From positions 1,970,566-2,034,565 of the forward strand of contig CANLPY010000001.1 in the NCBI GenBank assembly GCA_947493165.1: DNA of 64,000 nucleotides. The letters run 5' to 3'. The first letter of the stretch is position 1; every line of letters begins with the position of its first letter. A model generated the notes under the pieces. It saw only the letters and a list, made by a program, of their open reading frames with translations. It was not told the DNA's origin and did not search any database. Positions 9,658-18,085 of the stretch are shown here, in pieces. Source of the DNA: an uncultured Erythrobacter sp. GTDB taxonomy: Bacteria; Pseudomonadota; Alphaproteobacteria; Sphingomonadales; Sphingomonadaceae. The translations under genes and the position numbers were made by a program.

Positions 9658-9735
9658 GCCACCCGCTCCCTCCACCCTTCCACCCGGATAGTGTCCCGGT
9701 AGGCTCCGGGTGGAAGGGTGGAGGGAGCGGGTGGC
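9658..9735. repeat. Perfect 31-bp inverted repeat (REP-like palindrome) between convergent genes
   Basis: GCCACCCGCTCCCTCCACCCTTCCACCCGGA (9658-9688), 16-nt loop, exact reverse complement at 9705-9735. Confidence 0.9.
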
Positions 9736-9751
9736 TCGGAGAATCGTGACT

Positions 9752-11377
9752 TCAGTCGCGAATCAGTGATCTAAGACTCTCAATCCGGTCCGCTTCGTGT
9801 ACCGGCTTGTCCCAACGGATGCGGTGGATGCGCGGGAAACGCATGGCAAGCCCAGACTTATGGCGTTTACTGGTGTGGACGCTGTCAAACGCTACCTCGA
9901 AAACCAACGTACGTTCCACCTCGCGCACCGGCCCGAACCGGTTGAGCGTTGTCTGGCGCACGAGTTTATCGAGCTTCTTGAGTTCTGCATCGGTGAAGCC
10001 GGAATAGGCTTTGCCGACGGGTAGCAACTCCGCGCCGCTGTCGGGATCGCCATCCCAGCAGCCAAACGTGTAGTCAGAATAAAAGCTGGAACGCTTTCCT
10101 GAACCGCGCTGCGCATACATCAACACACAGTCGATCAGCAACGGATCGCGCTTCCATTTATACCACAGGCCAACCTTGCGTCCGGCGATATAGGGCGCGT
10201 CGCGGCGTTTTAGCATAAGACCTTCGATCGCATCCTCGCGCGTGCCTTCGCGAATTTCAGCAAGATGCGCAAAATCGCGCGCTTCCACCAAGTTTGAAAG
10301 ATCGAAATGACTGTCCGGTAGGCGCGGCATGAATGCCTCAAGCGCAGCGCGGCGCTGTTCCCAAGTTTGTTCGCGCAGATCAGCGCCTTCCAGCAGCAAG
10401 ACGTCATACAGCCGGACGAATGCAGGGGCTTCTGCCAGCATTTTCTTGGAGACGGTCTTACGGCCAAGCCGTTGTTGCAGGGCGTTGAAGCTGGCCGCGC
10501 CGCCCTGTTTGTCTGAACCGGTCTCTCCGCCTTGCACATCCCCGCGCACCATCAGCTCGCCATCCACCACCGCATCGATCGACAGCACGTCGAGCAATTC
10601 GGGAAACGTCGCGGAGATATCATCGCCGCTGCGCGAGTAAAGCCGGGTTTCTCCCGCTACGCGCACTAGTTGCACGCGAATGCCGTCCCACTTCCATTCC
10701 GCAGCATATTCCGCGAGGTCGACCCCCTTATCAATCGCCACATCTTCCAACGGGTGCGCGAGCATAAACGGCCGGAACATGGGTCGGCCCATCACATCCG
10801 GCGGATCGCCTCCATCGGCGGCCCAAGCGAATAGTTCTGCATAGGGCGCATCTAGCGCGTGCCAATATTCCTCCACCTCTTCCACCGGCACATCAAACGC
10901 CTGCGAAAACGCTGTCTTCGCGAGCCGGGCCGATACGCCGATCCGCATCCCTCCAGTGGCAAATTTGATCAGCGCAAACCGTTCGTTCTCTTCCAACCGG
11001 TTAAGCAGCTTAGGCAGTTCAGCGGGGGCGCTTTTGCGGGTCAGCGCGCTGAGAGTGTCGACCACTTCTGCGAGGCTAGGCGCGTTCGTTTCAACTGCCG
11101 GATTGTCGGGCCAAAGCAGGCTGGCAGTTTCGGCCGTATCTCCAACGAAATCGCGGCTGAGTGACCACAGAACAGGATCGACGCGCTCTTTCATCAAATT
11201 GCGAAACGTATTCGCTTTAACCGCGGGGAAGTCGATTTCCCCTGTCAGCGCTGCCATGGCCCACCCGCGATCCGGGTCAGGCGTTTCACGCAGATAGCGC
11301 GCGATGAGCGTCAACTTGCGGTTGCGGCTGGAGGTGTAGACCAAGGCCTCAAGGAGTTTTGCAAACTCCTCCATCAC
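9752..11377 (-). CDS. ATP-dependent DNA ligase (ligase-associated DNA damage response type)
   Basis: Adenylation motif EWKWDGIR, DGEL, EGLMLKR, WYKWK, C-terminal OB fold ending LAMRFPRI. Confidence 0.95.
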   Translation of the reverse strand: MMEEFAKLLEALVYTSSRNRKLTLIARYLRETPDPDRGWAMAALTGEIDFPAVKANTFRNLMKERVDPVLWSLSRDFVGDTAETASLLWPDNPAVETNAPSLAEVVDTLSALTRKSAPAELPKLLNRLEENERFALIKFATGGMRIGVSARLAKTAFSQAFDVPVEEVEEYWHALDAPYAELFAWAADGGDPPDVMGRPMFRPFMLAHPLEDVAIDKGVDLAEYAAEWKWDGIRVQLVRVAGETRLYSRSGDDISATFPELLDVLSIDAVVDGELMVRGDVQGGETGSDKQGGAASFNALQQRLGRKTVSKKMLAEAPAFVRLYDVLLLEGADLREQTWEQRRAALEAFMPRLPDSHFDLSNLVEARDFAHLAEIREGTREDAIEGLMLKRRDAPYIAGRKVGLWYKWKRDPLLIDCVLMYAQRGSGKRSSFYSDYTFGCWDGDPDSGAELLPVGKAYSGFTDAELKKLDKLVRQTTLNRFGPVREVERTLVFEVAFDSVHTSKRHKSGLAMRFPRIHRIRWDKPVHEADRIESLRSLIRD

Positions 11378-12405
11378 TCATCCTCATCCTCGCGGCCAAC
11401 CAGCGCGAGCGCACGTGCCTTTCGCTGGCCTAGCTCGCACCAGCGCAGCAGCGCCTCTTCGCGCCCGTGGGTGATCCATGTTTCTGTCGGGTCTACTTCT
11501 TCGATTGTACGAGTGAGTTCATTCCAGTCCGCATGGTCGGAAATGACCAAAGGCAATTCTACCCCGCGCTGCCGGGCGCGTTGGCGCACGCGCATCCATC
11601 CGCTTGCCATGGCAGTAATCGGATCAGGCAGGCGGCGCGACCAAGTCGTATTCATTGCGCTGGGCGGAGCGATAATGATGTGTCCGCGCATGTCGTTTTT
11701 TTCGGCATCAGCGACCAGACGCAGTTCGCCCAGATTAACGCCGTGCTCTTCATAAAGGCGGCACATCTTCTCCATCGCGCCGTGCAGATAGATTGGCTGG
11801 GTATGGCCTGCTGCGCGCAGTTCAGCGATCACGCGCTGCGCTTTGCCCAGCGCATAGGCGCCAACCAAAACGCACTGATCGGGATGATCGGTTAGGGCCT
11901 GCAGCAGTTTTGCCATCTCATCTTCGATGGGTGGATGAGTGAAAACCGGTAGCCCGAATGTCGCCTCGGTAATGAAGATGTCGCACGGCGTGACTTCAAA
12001 CGGCTTGCAGGTGGGATCGGCGCGCCGCTTATAATCGCCGGTTATGATCACCCGCTCTCCCGCGTGTTCTAGCAGGACTTGCGCGCTGCCAAGGACATGA
12101 CCTGCCGGAATATAGGTGGCGTCGACGCCTCCGCTTAAGCGAACTGTCTCGCCATATTCGACCGGCATCGCTTTGTGCGGAATTTCGCCGGCATCGTCGG
12201 CGGCCCCGGTGCGGTATCGAAGCGCCATGATCGCCAGCGTTTCAGGGGTCGCGTATGTTTCGCCGTGCCCGCCGCGCGCATGGTCGGCATGGCCGTGTGT
12301 GACGAGAGCTTTATCAACCGCGCGGCCGGGATCGACCCAGCAATCGGCCGGGACGATATGAATGCCCCATGGTTCGGGCCGTATCCAAGAAAAGGGTGCG
12401 CTCAT
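11374..12405 (-). CDS. Ligase-associated DNA damage response exonuclease (metallo-beta-lactamase/beta-CASP)
   Basis: THGHADHARGGH, AGHVLGSAQ, TGDYKR, EATFGLPVF, ISDHADW. Confidence 0.93.
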   Translation of the reverse strand: MSAPFSWIRPEPWGIHIVPADCWVDPGRAVDKALVTHGHADHARGGHGETYATPETLAIMALRYRTGAADDAGEIPHKAMPVEYGETVRLSGGVDATYIPAGHVLGSAQVLLEHAGERVIITGDYKRRADPTCKPFEVTPCDIFITEATFGLPVFTHPPIEDEMAKLLQALTDHPDQCVLVGAYALGKAQRVIAELRAAGHTQPIYLHGAMEKMCRLYEEHGVNLGELRLVADAEKNDMRGHIIIAPPSAMNTTWSRRLPDPITAMASGWMRVRQRARQRGVELPLVISDHADWNELTRTIEEVDPTETWITHGREEALLRWCELGQRKARALALVGREDEDE

Positions 12406-12418
12406 TAAGACGGTAACG

Positions 12419-12460
12419 AAAAGGGCGCCGACAAGTTTCCCTGTCCGCGCCCCTCTTTTT
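12419..12460 (-). terminator. Intrinsic terminator after clpA (possibly bidirectional)
   Basis: GGGCGC-C-GACA / TGTC-C-GCGCCC stem with A4 on the left and T5 on the right. Confidence 0.65.
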
Positions 12461-12475
12461 GATAATCAGCTAGCC

Positions 12476-14887
12476 TCAGCTCTCTTTATCGTTGGCTGAA
12501 CCTTCAGAGCTGGTGTCAGAGCTGGCATCTTTAGCCGGCGGCTTTGGATCTGCCTTTTTCGCGGCCGGTTTTTTCCTGGCTGGCGGTTTGCGCTTAGGCT
12601 TCGCCTTTGGCGGGCTGGGTGTAAGCTCAAAGCTGGGCTTACCATCCTTGATGCTGACATGGACCTCACCCCCATCGCCCAATTTGCCGAACAGTAATTC
12701 TTCGGCCAGCGGCTGCTTGATCTTATCCTGAAGTAATCTGCCCATCGGGCGTGCGCCATAAAGCTTGTCATAGCCTTTATCGGCGAGCCATTCACGCGCA
12801 TCACTATCAAACTGGATGTGCACATTCTGCTCAGCGAGTTGCAGCTCAAGCTCAAGGATGAACTTGTCGACCACGCGGGCCACTGTCGATTTGCCGAGAT
12901 AGGCAAAAGGCACAATCGCATCGAGACGGTTGCGGAATTCCGGCGTGAACATCTTCTTCACTGCTTCGCTGCCCGCATCTTCCTTAGATACGTCACCAAA
13001 GCCGATGCCCTGGCTCGCCATGTCAGATGCTCCGGCATTGGTCGTCATAATCAGCACAACATTGCGGAAATCGACCGTTTTGCCGTGATGATCAGTTAGG
13101 CGGCCATTATCCATCACCTGCAACAGAATGTTGAACAGGTCCGGGTGCGCTTTCTCGATTTCGTCCAACAGCAACACGCAATGCGGGTTCTGATCAACCG
13201 CATCGGTTAGAAGTCCACCTTGGTCGTAACCAACATACCCCGGAGGCGCGCCGATCAGGCGCGAAACGCTGTGGCGTTCCATATATTCCGACATGTCGAA
13301 GCGCTTTAAATCTATGCCCATGATTGAGGCGAGTTGACGCGCAACTTCGGTTTTACCAACGCCAGTAGGACCGGAGAAAAGGAACGAGCCGATGGGCTTG
13401 TCCGGATCGCGCAGACCTGCGCGGCTCAGCTTCATGGCCGTGGCGAGGCGTGTGATTGCCTCGTCCTGACCAAACACAACATGCTTTAGATCGCGATCAA
13501 GGTTCTGCAGTGCCTTCTTATCGTCTTTGCTGACGGATTTCGGCGGAATACGCGCCATCGTTGCGATGACTTGCTCGATCTCCTTGGCGGTGATCTTTTT
13601 CTTGCGGCGACTGGGCGGGACCAGCATTTGCATCGCGCCAACCTCGTCAATTACATCGATTGCCTTATCCGGCAGTTTGCGATCATTGATGTAGCGCGCG
13701 GACAATTCCACAGCCGTTTTTAGCGCATCAGGTGTGTATTTCACATTGTGATGATCTTCAAAGGCGGTGCGCAGCCCTTTGAGGATCTTGATCGTATCCT
13801 CAATTGTCGGTTCGTTCACGTCGATTTTCTGGAACCGGCGGAGCAACGCGCGGTCCTTTTCGAAGTGATTGCGGAATTCCTTATACGTGGTCGAGCCGAC
13901 GCAGCGGATCGTTCCGCCAGACAAAGCAGGCTTTAAGAGGTTGGAGGCATCCATAGCGCCGCCACTCGTTGCGCCCGCGCCGATCACCGTATGAATCTCA
14001 TCAATGAACAGGATCGCGTCCGGCATCCCTTCCAGCTCGGTCACGACTTGCTTCAGCCGTTCCTCAAAATCGCCGCGATAGCGCGTGCCAGCAAGCAGGG
14101 CGCCCATATCCAGTGAATAGATCACCGCATCGGCAAGCACTTCAGGAACGTCGCCTTCAACGATCTTGCGTGCCAAACCTTCGGCAATGGCGGTTTTACC
14201 GACGCCGGGATCACCGACATAAAGAGGGTTGTTCTTGCTGCGGCGACACAGGATTTGGACCGTCCGGTCAACCTCTGGCCCGCGGCCGATTAGCGGATCG
14301 ACTTTGCCGGCCTCAGCCTTGGCGTTGAGGTTGACGGTGAACTGATCAAGCGCGGTTTCTTTCTTGCCTGCGCTGTCCTTCGCTTGCTCTGTTTCTCCGG
14401 GAGGCGCATTTTCGGCCCCTTCGGCAGATTTCGATTCAAGCTGGCGGCCACCTTTGCCAATCCCGTGGCTGATATAGCTGACGGCATCCAAGCGGCTCAT
14501 ATCCTGCTGTTGCAGGAAATAGACTGCATAGCTGTCCCGCTCAGAGAACAAAGCAACCAGCACATTCGCGCCGGTCACTGTGTCTTTGCCAGACGATTGC
14601 ACGTGCAAAATGGCGCGCTGAATGACGCGCTGAAAGCCGGCAGTTGGTTGAGGGTCAGCGTCCTCTTCGGTTTTGAGCGACTGGTATTCCTGATCGAGAT
14701 ATTGCTTCACCACCTCACCCAATTCGACAAGATCAACACCGCAAGCGCCCATCACCTGTGCGGCATCTTCATCATCTATTAGGGCGAGCAACAAATGCTC
14801 TAACGTCGCATATTCGTGGCGCCGCTCTGACGCATGGCCAAGCGCGTTGTGCAATGTGCGTTCAAGATTTTGGGCAAAACTAGGCAT
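12476..14887 (-). CDS. clpA: ATP-dependent Clp protease ATP-binding subunit ClpA
   Basis: HEYATLEHLLLAL N-domain; two AAA+ modules (GDPGVGKT...IDEIH; GPTGVGKT...LDEIEKAH); YGARP. Confidence 0.97.
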   Translation of the reverse strand: MPSFAQNLERTLHNALGHASERRHEYATLEHLLLALIDDEDAAQVMGACGVDLVELGEVVKQYLDQEYQSLKTEEDADPQPTAGFQRVIQRAILHVQSSGKDTVTGANVLVALFSERDSYAVYFLQQQDMSRLDAVSYISHGIGKGGRQLESKSAEGAENAPPGETEQAKDSAGKKETALDQFTVNLNAKAEAGKVDPLIGRGPEVDRTVQILCRRSKNNPLYVGDPGVGKTAIAEGLARKIVEGDVPEVLADAVIYSLDMGALLAGTRYRGDFEERLKQVVTELEGMPDAILFIDEIHTVIGAGATSGGAMDASNLLKPALSGGTIRCVGSTTYKEFRNHFEKDRALLRRFQKIDVNEPTIEDTIKILKGLRTAFEDHHNVKYTPDALKTAVELSARYINDRKLPDKAIDVIDEVGAMQMLVPPSRRKKKITAKEIEQVIATMARIPPKSVSKDDKKALQNLDRDLKHVVFGQDEAITRLATAMKLSRAGLRDPDKPIGSFLFSGPTGVGKTEVARQLASIMGIDLKRFDMSEYMERHSVSRLIGAPPGYVGYDQGGLLTDAVDQNPHCVLLLDEIEKAHPDLFNILLQVMDNGRLTDHHGKTVDFRNVVLIMTTNAGASDMASQGIGFGDVSKEDAGSEAVKKMFTPEFRNRLDAIVPFAYLGKSTVARVVDKFILELELQLAEQNVHIQFDSDAREWLADKGYDKLYGARPMGRLLQDKIKQPLAEELLFGKLGDGGEVHVSIKDGKPSFELTPSPPKAKPKRKPPARKKPAAKKADPKPPAKDASSDTSSEGSANDKES

Positions 14888-15010
14888 GGGAGAATTTCTC
14901 TAGAAGGGGCGTTTGCGATCTTCCGCTAAACGACAGGGCAAAAGGTGATTTCTGAATATATGGGACCGATGATCGCAATTGCGACTCAGAATTTTCGGTG
15001 ATCACGGCAC

Positions 15011-15214
15011 TCATGACGCCGGCTTCTTGAATAATGCGTCGGCAGCTTGCATGTGCGCCGCCGTTTTGGATCGGTGCGCGGAAACCCGTGCTATTTCAGC
15101 CTCTAGCGCGGCGATCCGCTCATCCAATTCGGCTTGAGAATAGGGTGCGAGATCTTCGCCGGCTAGCTTGCTGGCTGCATCTCCCTTTGCGCGGGGGCGA
15201 TCTTCTTCATCCAT
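15011..15214 (-). CDS. DUF1192 small coiled-coil protein
   Basis: EDLAPYSQAELDERIAALEAEIARV...AADALFK matches the DUF1192 pattern as recalled. Confidence 0.8.
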   Translation of the reverse strand: MDEEDRPRAKGDAASKLAGEDLAPYSQAELDERIAALEAEIARVSAHRSKTAAHMQAADALFKKPAS

Positions 15215-15337
15215 CACAAGTTGTAACATCGCAAGCAGATCGGCTTGCTGTCAATGCGCCTGAGCGTTAATCACACGCAATATTGACCAATTGAGCGCGG
15301 TCGGTCCAGACATCGGACACGCATTTGGGGGCAATTC

Positions 15338-16372
15338 ATGGACGATATAGCCGTGGCGAATGAGGCTGGAACAATCCCAGCGAATATGGATGCGATTGGC
15401 TTTGCCCAGCCGGGCGGACCAGACGTGCTGGCGATGGAACGGGCGAAGACACCGCAACCGGGCGCGCAGGATGTGTTGATTCGCGTTGCCTATGCCGGGG
15501 TAAATCGGCCTGACTGCATTCAGCGCGCCGGTCATTATCCGGCTCCGCCGGGTGCATCGCCGATCCTCGGACTAGAAGTCGCTGGCGAAGTTGTCGCCGT
15601 GGGCGAAGACGTGCCGCGCGAAATGCTAGGCAGCCGGGTTGCGGCTCTGACACCAGGCGGAGGCTACGCGCAATATTGTATCGCGCCGTGGCAGCATTGC
15701 TTGCCTGTGCCCGCCGAAATGCCGCTAAGACAAGCTGCCGCCATTCCCGAAACACTGTTTACCGTGTGGCACAATGTGTTTGAGCGCGGGCTTGCAGCGG
15801 ATGGAGATCGCTTGTTGATCCACGGCGGCACGTCCGGCATTGGCACGATGGCGATTATGCTCGCCAAGGCGTTCGGCATTTACGTTATAGTGACTTGCGG
15901 GGATGAGGCGAAATGCGCAGCCGCGCGCGATCTGGGCGCTGACCTCGCGATCAATTACCGCGAGACTGATTTTGTCGAGGCCGTGAAGCAAAATACGGGC
16001 GGCAAGGGCGTGAACGTTGTGCTTGATATGGTCTCGGGCGACTATGTTGCGCGCAATCTCAAATGTCTGGCTGAAGATGGGCGGCATGTGACGATCGCAG
16101 TTCTGGGCGGACCCAAAGCAGAACTCAACATGGCGCTCGTAATGATGCGCCGCCTTACGCTGACCGGATCGACGCTGCGTCCGCGTTCCGATGCTTTTAA
16201 GTCTGCTCTGGCCGATGAAATTGCGCGTCATGCTTGGCCTTTGTTCACCACTGGAGAGCTTGCCCCGATCATGGATCAGACGTTTGATCTCAAAGATGCT
16301 GCCGCAGCCCATGCGCGCATGGAAGCAGGCAAGCACATCGGTAAAATCGTGTTAGAGGTGCCTAATGGCTGA
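15338..16372 (+). CDS. NAD(P)H-quinone oxidoreductase, PIG3 family (MDR)
   Basis: AGVNRPDCIQRAGHY, GLEVAG, GGYAQY, LIHGGTSGIG, GSTLRPR, HIGKIVL. Confidence 0.93.
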   Translation: MDDIAVANEAGTIPANMDAIGFAQPGGPDVLAMERAKTPQPGAQDVLIRVAYAGVNRPDCIQRAGHYPAPPGASPILGLEVAGEVVAVGEDVPREMLGSRVAALTPGGGYAQYCIAPWQHCLPVPAEMPLRQAAAIPETLFTVWHNVFERGLAADGDRLLIHGGTSGIGTMAIMLAKAFGIYVIVTCGDEAKCAAARDLGADLAINYRETDFVEAVKQNTGGKGVNVVLDMVSGDYVARNLKCLAEDGRHVTIAVLGGPKAELNMALVMMRRLTLTGSTLRPRSDAFKSALADEIARHAWPLFTTGELAPIMDQTFDLKDAAAAHARMEAGKHIGKIVLEVPNG

Positions 16373-16994
16373 ACAATACACCCTTCATGAAGATCCCTGG
16401 AGCGGCAATTGCTATAAGATCAGGCTAACCGCCGCGCTGCTGGGCCTGCCACTCACGACGAAGCAATATGACATCCTTGCAGGCGAAACGCGCACCGAAG
16501 AATTCCTTGCTAATGTCAATTTGAATGGGCGCATCCCGGTGCTAGAAATCGATGATGGCAAAGAGACGCGCTTTCTGCCGGAAAGCAATGCGGTGTGTTG
16601 GTATTTGGCCCATGGCTCTTCGCTGATCCCGCAAAATCGGCTGGCTCAAGCCGATATGCTGCGCTGGATGTTCTTCGAACAATACAATCACGAACCCAAT
16701 GTCGCGACATTGCGGTTTTGGATGCGGTTTGTGGGTGAGGATAATCTGTCTGATAATCAGCGTTCACAAATCGCTGGGAAGCGCGCGGCTGGCAGCGATG
16801 CGTTGCGAGTGATGGATGAGCATTTGAACGGCAGAGATTTCCTCAGCGGGGACGCTGTGTCGCTCGCCGATATTGCGCTGTTTCCTTACACCCACTTGGC
16901 TGAAGAAGGCGGCTTCGCCCTGCGCGGTTTCCGGCACGTGAGGGCGTGGATCAGCAGGATCGAAGCATTGCCAAATTTCGTGCCGATGGATTGA
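16365..16994 (+). CDS. Glutathione S-transferase family protein
   Basis: SGNCYKIRL, NLNGRIPVL, LPESNA, WMFFEQYNHEPN, SLADIALF. Confidence 0.92.
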   Translation: MAEQYTLHEDPWSGNCYKIRLTAALLGLPLTTKQYDILAGETRTEEFLANVNLNGRIPVLEIDDGKETRFLPESNAVCWYLAHGSSLIPQNRLAQADMLRWMFFEQYNHEPNVATLRFWMRFVGEDNLSDNQRSQIAGKRAAGSDALRVMDEHLNGRDFLSGDAVSLADIALFPYTHLAEEGGFALRGFRHVRAWISRIEALPNFVPMD

Positions 16995-17029
16995 GGTGCA
17001 CGCATTCTGATCGGATTAAGCCTTGCCGC

Positions 17030-17058
17030 TTGCCGAATCCTGCGCTCTCGCCTATCTA
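17030..17058 (+). promoter_or_regulatory. Candidate promoter for the DUF1013 gene
   Basis: TTGCCG-N17-TATCTA, an alphaproteobacterial sigma70/RpoH-like shape. Confidence 0.4.
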
Positions 17059-17070
17059 CGGTCATGCAAC

Positions 17071-17099
17071 GGCCGCTCCGCAAGGGGCGGCCCTTTTAA
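17071..17099 (+). terminator. Terminator-like hairpin ahead of the DUF1013 gene
   Basis: GGCCGCTCC-GCAA-GGGGCGGCC: 9-bp stem with a GNRA loop, followed by CTTTTAAT. Confidence 0.6.
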
Positions 17100-17136
17100 T
17101 TTCATGATCCTTTCATGCCTTGACGGAGTCTACCCC

Positions 17137-17922
17137 ATGGCCAAAGCGCCGACGGAACAACCAAAGCCGCTCATGCCGCACGCGACCGCCACTTGGCTGG
17201 TCGATCACACCGGCCTTTCGTTTGAGCAAATCGCAGAATTTTGCGGATTGCACCTGCTCGAAGTGCAGGCGATGGCGGATGACCTGGCGGGCAGCAAATA
17301 CACTGGGCGCGACCCCGTGCACGCGGGCGAATTGACGTTGGCTGAAATCGAAAAGGGCCAGGCCGACAGCGAGTATTCGCTGGTCATGCAAAAGGCGCCG
17401 GTCGAAGTGACCCGGACAAAGGGCCCGCGTTACACGCCCGTGTCCAAACGTCAGGATAAGCCGGATGGCATTGCTTGGATATTGCGCAGTCACCCCGAAG
17501 TGTCGGATGCACAGATTTCCAAGCTGATCGGTACAACTCGCAACACTATCGGGGCGATCAAAGAGCGTTCGCACTGGAACATTCAGAACATTCAGCCCAA
17601 AGACCCTGTGACTTTGGGCTTGTGCTCTCAGCGTGAGCTTGATGCTGTCGTTGCCAAGGCCGCGAAACGTGCTGGCGTTGTTGAAGAGGTCGAAGCGCCC
17701 GTTGACGGTGATACCCGCAGCGACAAAGACAAGCTGATCGAAGAGCTGCGCGCTGAACGCGAAGCCAATGTCAAAGCCGCGGCAGAAGCCGCCCAAGAGG
17801 CAGAGGCCGAAGCATGGCTCGCCGCGAAGCGTGAAGCCGAAGCCAACGGGACTGAAGCTGAACCAGCACCGCCTGCCGCGCCGGAGATGCCCTCTGAGAC
17901 AGAGGAAAAGCCCGGCGAATAA
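17137..17922 (+). CDS. trcR: DUF1013 family protein (TrcR-like RNA polymerase-associated regulator)
   Basis: PLMPHATATWLVDHTGLSFEQIAEFCGLH, KGPRYTPVSKRQDKPDGIAWI, IQPKDPVTLGLCSQRELD; SD GGAG before ATG 17137; acidic C-terminal extension. Confidence 0.9.
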   Translation: MAKAPTEQPKPLMPHATATWLVDHTGLSFEQIAEFCGLHLLEVQAMADDLAGSKYTGRDPVHAGELTLAEIEKGQADSEYSLVMQKAPVEVTRTKGPRYTPVSKRQDKPDGIAWILRSHPEVSDAQISKLIGTTRNTIGAIKERSHWNIQNIQPKDPVTLGLCSQRELDAVVAKAAKRAGVVEEVEAPVDGDTRSDKDKLIEELRAEREANVKAAAEAAQEAEAEAWLAAKREAEANGTEAEPAPPAAPEMPSETEEKPGE

Positions 17923-18085
17923 CGCACGACCTCACAGTAAAGCACGAATTTGAACAGCGCTCTGCAGGTTTTACTGCGGGGCGCTGTTTGCATTTGCGGC
18001 GCATTACCCAATGCCGAATGCAAAAAGTAAAGTCGCTGGTATAGAATCGCTTGTGCCGCAGCGAGGGATCGGTCATTCTACTGAC

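Noticed and set aside
14888-15229. No clpS upstream of clpA
   Set aside because: clpS may be elsewhere in the genome; a single window cannot show loss.
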